Source of the DNA: Nymphaea colorata
Lineage: Eukaryota
Length of the DNA: 64,000 nt
Assembly: GCF_008831285.2 (NCBI RefSeq)
Contig: NC_045138.2
Coordinates: 22,072,001 to 22,136,000, forward strand
Direction: 5' to 3'
Shown piece by piece: positions 51,195-60,100 of the stretch. A model generated the notes under the pieces. That model worked only from the letters and a program-made list of their open reading frames with translations, searched no databases and had not been told where the DNA came from. Position 1 is the first letter of the stretch. Each line of letters opens with the position of its first letter. The translations under genes and the position numbers were made by a program.

Positions 51195-54100
51195 TGTTAT
51201 ATAAGTAATTTTATTTGTCAATATTTTTTAAACTTTGTTTTATCAAGGTTACCTTGAATCGATGTATCAGTGAAAACTCGACCAAAACATTTTCAAAACG
51301 GCTAAAACTCATTTCAGCCATGTCGGGCAGCACCCGCACTGATGCGGGTGCGAGTGCGCCACTATAGTTGGCGCAACTGTGTGACTTAGTCTAAAAGTGA
51401 GCCACAATTAGTCTTAACCAAAATCCTATATGGAAAAGCCCATAAACTAGATGGAATCGAAAAAGATAAGGTTGTGAATGAATATGAGAAAAAATGAGAG
51501 GAAAGGAAAATAGGACATCACAAAATCATTACATGGATTCTTGCTTGTGTTGATACTACAACTATGAATCAAATAGCAAAACATAATTTTGCTCATGAAG
51601 CTTGTGATGATTCATCATTCAAAGATCTTTATGCAACCTACTTTGAACACATAAAGCTCTGACGAACCTTATGTTTTACTTGTGTATGCATCTAGAAGCA
51701 ACATTATTTTACTGAACAATCAACAATCTTGCACACTATAATTCAAGGAGAATTTGGATCTCCAAGTCCATGGGTCAAACTCATTTTTCAGTTCTAAGCA
51801 CTTTGTGTGTGCATTACTTTTAAGCTGCCATTCAAAATGAAGATGACAAATTCCCTTAAAAAAAATAATAAAATTAAAAAGAAAAAAAAATTACAATCTT
51901 ACAGGAACCCAATATGATGAGGACCTTCAAAGCAACACTAGAACTTAAATCATTCTTTTTTACAAAACAGAAGACCTATTTCTAACCTTACATAAAAAAT
52001 TTGTTTAAAGATTCTTTCCTACGATGAGATCCTATATTTATGTACCTTGAAAAATCATGTAAAGACTAGAAAACTATAGATAGGGTACTCAAAAGAATGT
52101 CCAGCCAATCCTTAAGGCCACGTTTGATGGCCAGGAAAAATACTGTTCATCGAGGGTTTTTTTTCTTTTTTGTACAGTTTCAACCGATTTCAACGAGCGC
52201 CATCAAACGGTGCAAAAATCCCCCCGCTCAAAACTCGTTTCCAGGGTAAATTTACCCTGGAAAAAAGTCGGACCCATGAGGGTCCAACTTTTTTTTGGAG
52301 ATAATTTTTTTGCCCGTTAGGGCTTCTTCCATCGCGCTCCTCTCCCTCGCCACCGCTTCCACACAGGCAAATGTCACCCTTCACTGCTGCCGATGCTCTT
52401 GCCTGCCGACCCATCACTGTCGTCGCCACTAGTGGGACCCATCTCTGTCCTCCCCTGAAATTTCCCTCCCCTGATTCAATGGTTCCTTGACTGCTTGCGG
52501 CTGCTGCTGCCATCGCCACTCGCTGGCGTTGTCGCCACCACCGTCCCCCTTCACTGCTCAGCTGAGGGGATCCAACGTTTGCTTTTCGGATGTAACTGAA
52601 TTGAGTGCTCTTGAGAGATCTCTGGAGGGCTTGGACACCAGAATCGATGTAGTCGTCTCGTGCCTTGCCAGTCGATCTGGTGGTGTTAAGGACTCCTGGA
52701 AGATCGACTATGAAGCGACAAAAAATAGTCTCGTTGCGGGTAAAAAATTCGGGGCTGTTCATTTTTTTCTGTTGCCTGCAATATGTGTTCAGAAGCCCCT
52801 CCTTGAATTTCAAAGAGCGAAGCTGAAGTTTGAAGCAGAATTGCAGAAGGAAGCAGAAAATGGGGATTTCACCTACAGCATTGTGAGGCCGACGGCTTTC
52901 TTCAAGAGTTTAGGTGGGCAGGTTGAGTTGGTAAAGGATGGGAAGCCATATGTAATGTTCGGAGATGGCAAACTATGCGCCTGTAAACCCATCAGCGAAG
53001 AGGATTTGGCCTCTTTCATTGCTGACTGCATCTCTTGTGAAGATAAAATTAACAAGATTCTCCCAATTGGTGGACCAGGAAAGGCATTAACACCACTTGA
53101 GCAGGGAGAATTGTTGTTCAAACTTTTGGGCAAGGAACCCAAGTTTCTGAAAGTTCCAATAGGAGTGATGGACTTTGTAATCGGCATTCTTGATTTTTTG
53201 GTTAAATTCTTCCCTTCTCTGGAAGATGCTGCAGAATTTGGAAAAATTGGAAGGTATTATGCTGCAGAAAGTATGTTGCTGCTTAACCCAGAAGATGAAT
53301 CAATAAGCAGGATGTTTGGGTTTCAAATTTTTCCATGAAAAAATTTTCTTGTCTATCAAACTATGCATTTTTTACCCATCAAAAAAATTCCAGGCTATCA
53401 AACATGGCCTGAAACAAGAAAAAGGAAAATTTACCCCCTTTCCAATTTACCGTGGAGATTTTTTCTTGAAAAAATTCTCCTTCAAAAAAATCCAGGCCAT
53501 CAAACGTGGCCTAAGGTATAATATTTGCATCTGAGCCAAGTTTTTCTTATTTTATTTGCCCACCATATTGCAGCAGAGTTCCCAAGACAAACCTGACAGC
53601 CATCTCACCTGAATTTACCTCTCAAGCAATCAAATGAAAGCCCTATCTAGCTATAATATAAAGATTTGGTATATGCAAGAAGACAAACTAATCACCATGC
53701 CTCACCTCTATCACAACCAAAATTGCACAACATTTTGCCGCCCCAGTTTGTTGTATATCAAATTGTGAAACTTTTTATTCCTTTCAGAAGGTAGAAAGGG
53801 AGGGGATGTGGGTAGAGATATTTGTGCAACTATTAACAGGCAAAAGAGAAGGCCATCTAAGAAAAACCAACCTCAGGTTCAGCTTCTATTGGTTCCTTTA
53901 GCCCAGCATTTATAGCTTCAGTGATTTCAGCTGGATCAATCCTGAATTCCATCTCACCCACGCCATCAACATGCACACTCTTTGGAACACAAGCAACTAT
54001 TGCTGCTGGTGGTGGTGCAGTATAACTCCCAAAGTCAGAGATGTACTCCAGAACAGTAGCACCCACTGCATTAACCTGAACCAACACCAGAATTCAGGTG

Positions 54101-57100
54101 AACAACAAGCAGAATCAACCATAGACAGACAGGAATCACTTTCCAAAAAGCCACAGAAAACAATTAGACCTTCTTCATCAACGGGACAATGAAGAACAGT
54201 GTATAAAGTTATAAACTACATAAGCAGTATAATTAATCATTATCATGGAACAGAAAAAGTAACAAGGTTGCATTCATGGCCATGCACCAACCTGCAGTTT
54301 TATCAAGAAGAAATCATTCCAAACTTCATCATAAACATGTGGGCCATAAAATAGATAACAAGCCCCTCTCACAGCAAGCATTGAACATAAACGTTAACTT
54401 CCAAAAAAAATCTTTGACATGTCTACCTTGCTTTGCTGCCAAAAATTCCCCCGTGCAATAGAGGGAGGTAGAAAGTTGCAGCAAACTAATCGAACTCAGC
54501 TAATATTGGTTATGGAGACAAAAAGTATTGACCATTTAATGTCTGACGTGCACAATGATGTTCCCAGGACCTATGTGGAACCACAGTCACTAACATAGAT
54601 GAAGTCAATTTCTTGGGAAGGTCTTTGTCTGGAGTTATTCTCAAAAATGATTTTTTCTCACAAAGATATCATGAAATTAGTGGCATTAGGAACTGCAAAA
54701 TATATAAAATTTCCCAAAAAAATATGGAATAATATATGTTACAGATTGAAGGAGACGAGAGAGAGATGTTGAGGAAAGGAGAGGACGAGAGAGAGAGATG
54801 AGCCAAAGAGTTTATCCATTAACGTAACCCTAATCTCCTTTTAAAGAGATTAGGGCTGGCGGTACAAACTTTACAAAAACAGTCCAACTACTATAAGAAA
54901 GTATTTAAAGACCACCTCTCTAACTTTTTAATATTTCAAAAACACTCTTTAACACTCCCCCTCAAGTTGGAGCATATATATCAATCATGCTCAGCTTCTT
55001 ACAACATCTCAGAAAATCGCCTATGAGAAGAGCCTTCGTGAGGATATCAGCTGCCTGATCTTCTGAGGAGACATGAATGGTGCTAACAATTCCTTCTTGA
55101 ACTAGGTCCCGAACATAGTGACAATCCACTTCAATGTGTTTCGTCCTCTCATGGAAGACATCTCATGGAAGACAGGATTGGTAGCAATGTAGGTTGCTGC
55201 CTTATTGTCACAATACATCTTCATTGGGAGATTCACTGAAATGTCTAACTCTAGAAGCAATGATCTGACCCATAACATTTCAGCCGCAGTTTGAGCCATA
55301 GCCCTATATTCCGATTCAGCACAAGATCGAGCTACCACATTTTATTTCTTGCTTCTCCAAGAAATAAGATTACCTCCCACAAAGACACAAAAGCTGTAGT
55401 AGACTTCCTGTCATCTACAGATCCTGCATAATCAGCATCACTATACGCTTCAATGTCAACATTTTCTCCCTTTTTGAACCATAACCCCTTTCCCGGAGCT
55501 GATTTCAAGTATCTGACAATCATTAGAGCAGCGTCTCAATGAACCTTTCGGGGTTTTTCCATGAACTGACTTAGCTTATTCACAGCAAAGCTAATGTCGG
55601 GGCGAGTGACAGTCAAATATAATAGTTTCCCTATCAAAGATCTGTAAGATCTAGAGTCAAAAGGCTTTGATTCATCATCATGTATATGGATGCGGGGATT
55701 CATGGGAAGTGTGACAGGTTTAGCCCCCAATAAACTTGTTTCCTGCAGAAGATTAAGAGCATATTTTCTTTGAGACACTACAACTCCTTTACTACTACGA
55801 GCCACCTCAATACCAAGAAAATAACGGAGTTATCCAAGGTCTTTTGTGACAAAGTGTTATTGTAAAAACTCATTTGTTTGAGCTATTTCTTGATTACTTT
55901 CTCCAGTGAGAACAATATTATCCACATATACAATCAATATCACTATACCAGATGTGCCTCGCTTGATAAACAATGAGTGATCAAGCTGGGATCGTTGAAA
56001 TCCACACTTAGATAAAACCTCAGTTAGCTTATAGAACCATGCACGAGGACTCTGTTTAAGTCCATAAATAGCCTTCTTTAATTTGCATACCTTGGAACAC
56101 TCCCCCTATCGCTCAAAACCAGGTAGTTGCTTCATATAGACGGTTTCAGACAAGTCTCCATACAGAAAAGCATTTTTCACATCCAGCTGAAATAGAGGCC
56201 ACTCTTGCTAGACAGCAAGAGATATAATCAGTCGAATAGTGCCCAACCGAGCCCCGGGCGAAAAGGTCTCAAAGAAGTCAACGCCATAAGTCTGTGTATA
56301 TCCTTTAGCAACAAGACGTGCCTTGAATCGTTCAACTGAACCATCAGAATGATACTTGATGGTGAACACCCATTGGTGCCAACCACATCACAGTGCATCG
56401 GTGGATCCACCAAATCCTAAGTCTCCCAAGAGGTAAAGAGCATTCATTTCCTCCTGCATGGCTTGCCGCCACCTTGAATCTAACAAGGCTTGATGGTGAG
56501 AAGATGGGATGATGTGGCTAAACAAAGCTCGATCAAACTGCACCAAACTTGTACTCAAATGGTCAATAGAGACAGAATTAGAAATTGGATGTAGTGTGCA
56601 CTGTCGCTTGCCCTTGTGAATAGCAATGGGGAGATCATCTGCAGTGTGATCATCATTTAAACCTGAGTCAGTCTTGTCAGTGGAGCTTACCTCTTGAGAA
56701 GACGCTGGTGGGCGGTTGAGAGAGGGACCCAGACGACGAGTGTAAACTAATGGAGGATTAAGGAAACATTCACATGACATAGATTGAGATGGAGGGATCG
56801 ACTCAAGTGACACTGGTGGAATAGGAAGAGGAACCGGTATAGGCATCTCAGACGGAGGACTCGAAGGAGAAAAATAAAGACGAGATTTAAAGAATGTAAC
56901 ATCTGCACTGATAATCTCTTTCTTGGTCTGGGGATCAAAGCACTTATATCCTTTTTTGGTATGGGGATCAAAACACTTATATCCTTTTTTATTGGCAGAG
57001 TATCCAATGAATACACATTTGATGGCTTGGGCAGCAAGTTTGTTTTTGTTTGGGCCTAGGATGCGTGCAAAGCAGGTGCATCTAAACACTTTGAGAGGTA

Positions 57101-60100
57101 TATGAAATAATGGTCGATCTGGATATAAAAGTTGAATGGGAATACGTTCTTGGATGGCTGACGAAGGTAATCTATTAATGAGATAGCATGCGGTAAGAAT
57201 CGCATCACCCCAAAAATAGGCAGGCATGTGTGAATGCAACATGAGGGTACGGGCCACATTTAGGAGTTGTCGATGTTTACGTTCGGCAACACTATTTTGT
57301 TGGAACGTGTGAGGACAAGTATATTGAGGTCGAATTCCATGATTGGCATAAAATTGAAGTAGCACGGAGGATTTGAATTCAAGAGCATTATCAGTGCGAA
57401 TATTTTTGACAATGAAACCAAACTGAGTTTTTATTTCTTTGACAAATTTCAGAAGAATACATATGTCTTCCGATCTTTTCCGTAACAAGAATACCCAACT
57501 GACTCTAGTAAAATCATCAACCAAAACAAGATAATACCGAAAACGTGAGTGAAAAGGAACCCGACTAGGGCCCCACACATCCACATGAATGAGATCAAAT
57601 GGACTTTGACTTGATGGACTCTGACTCGATGGAAAGCTGCTATGTGTATGTTTGCCTAACTGGCAAGCATCATATAAGAAGGACTCTGATGCAGTAATAC
57701 CTGAAAACATGCGACGAAGTTTGGACACTAATGGATGACCTAGTCTGAGATGCCACTAGAAAGGAGAAGTCTTCGAGGAAAATGATGATGCAGCAACATT
57801 TACTGGGACAGACATGAAATAGAGACCCTCACGTTCATGGTCGCCACCAATCACCTTCTCAGTTAGTAAGTCCTGAAAAGAACATGAACCAAGGTCAAAA
57901 ATGACTCTACACTGTAAGTCAATAGTCAGCTGCTTAACAGATAACAAATTAACATGAAACTGAGGAGCATAGAGCACATGAGTAATAGTGCCTAAATGTG
58001 GGAGATAGATATCACTGCTGCCCAACACAGGAGATAGCTTGCCATCAACCAGTCTGACATGTTATGGTGTAGAGAATCTGACTAAGGATGAAAAAATGTG
58101 TGATTGATTACAACAGTGCCTGGAGGCGCCAGAATCTATCATCCACATCATATCTGGGCCATCGGTAGGAGCACCAACAGAGAAGGCTGAGTCTATTCCA
58201 GTAGTATTGGCATATGAGAAAGAATTTTCAGTCATCTTGCAGTCATTGGAACCCTCTAACACATTACCATCAGCCATAGTAAAATTCCAATCAAAATTTT
58301 GGGCACAATATGTATGTATCAGATGCAGCAGTCAACTTCAATCAAGAAATGTATCTTTACGGATCACAAAACTCCAAAAAAAAAAAGAATAATAATAAGC
58401 AGTCCCAATTCCAGTTGACCCACATGTGACTGCACACACCCCCAACAGTCCACAATTCTACTCCACCTGAATATTAGATGGCTGCTACAACACCAGACTT
58501 AGTAACTCTGCACACGACTGCACATATGTCTAGCAGTCTACCATTCTGCTCCACATGAACTACATGATAATCTGATCATGTCTTGATACCACCCACTTAT
58601 GGCACACAATATATATAGGAAGCAGCAAATCTCTGCTATCCTCAAAGATTATACGAATATCACACGCTATGCAATAAGGGAGAATCTGTAATCACAAAAA
58701 CTAACCAAATCTGAACCGTATAAAAGGGAGTAGATAACAGATTACAGAGATTTGAATCAATTGTTGCGGATGATAGCAGGCCCATGAACAAAACTCCAAA
58801 AGACAATTGCTGATCTCTGCTACTTACGGCTGACTGTCATTGTTGCCCCTCACATATGATAAGCGTAACACCATCCATGTCAAGTTGTTGCTAAAATAAC
58901 CTCCACGATCAGCAGATCAGTTCTGCTCCACACACCAATCAGCAGCCTTCAAACAGCGTGACTCCACACACAACAGCAAAAGGGCAGATCTGATATATAA
59001 CTTCACAGATCTTCTTCCACGACAGCCAAAAAAAATAAGATCTATTTAGGGCAGATCTGATACAAGACTTCATAGATTTGCTTCCAACCAATCAGCAGAA
59101 AATCAGATCTAATCTTCCACGGCAGCAACTTCATCAACGTTTCTCCATGTCTTCCATGGCAGCAGCAACACAAGGGTGCTAATCACGTTTCTACATGTTA
59201 AACGTGATTATCCCCTTTCCCCAAACAGATTACTTGCTTTTCTTGAAATCAGCAGAAAAAAAAAATATAGACATGAACCCTAACTTGGAGGAAGAGGCAA
59301 GAGATGAAGAAAGGAATGTGAAACCCTAGATAGCACAGTCCTAGGTCTAGGGCTCTGATACCATGTTACAAATTGAAAGAGACGAGAGAGAGATGTTGAG
59401 GAAAGGAGAGGACGAGAGAGAGAGAGAGATGAGCCAAAGAGTTTATTCATTAATGTAACCCTAATCTCCTTTTAAAGAGATTAGGGCTGGCGGTACAAAC
59501 TTTACAAAAACAGTCCAACTACTATAAGAAAGTATTTAAAGACCACCTCTCTAACTTTCTAATATTTCAAAAACACTCTTTAACAATATATCCATTGGTA
59601 ATTTGTTTCAAAAGAAAGGTTTTTTCAAACATGAAACAGACCAAAGTGGAGAAAATTTATGCACAAAATCAGCAATAAAAAGGTTTTTGAAAGGAAGTCT
59701 CACATAAATATCACAATGCAATCAAAACAACACCAGGGTATTGCATTTCTTGCAAAAACAATTCAGGAAACTTCAAATTTGGCAACATTATTGCAATAGT
59801 TCAGATATTAGTGACTGACTGAACCATGGTTCCAGCTATTTCATATATCTTTCTCACTGTGACATATTGTGGATTTCATAATATATGTCTGACCAAAATC
59901 TTTTTGAAAATGCTAACCTTTTTCCCTTCTTTCTCAAACTCAGGAACATAGCAAATACATTTCCGGTAACAATCCAAATTAATTATACAACTATTTTTAA
60001 GCAATTGAAGATTTATTTTGTAATTACTAAAGCGCTTAATTCATTCTGCTTAACTCCCTCTGGTGTCTCACATCCACCCACAAACTTTTTACGCTATCCA

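Noticed and set aside
52190..52813. 207-aa minus-strand ORF
   Set aside because: Antisense shadow of the DVR fragment plus GC-rich transposon sequence; no recognisable motif.
52487..53338. 283-aa ORF as a functional nested DVR gene
   Set aside because: Starts at TTG in transposon sequence, lacks the transit peptide, NADPH-binding motif and native C-terminus, and is enclosed by TIRs.
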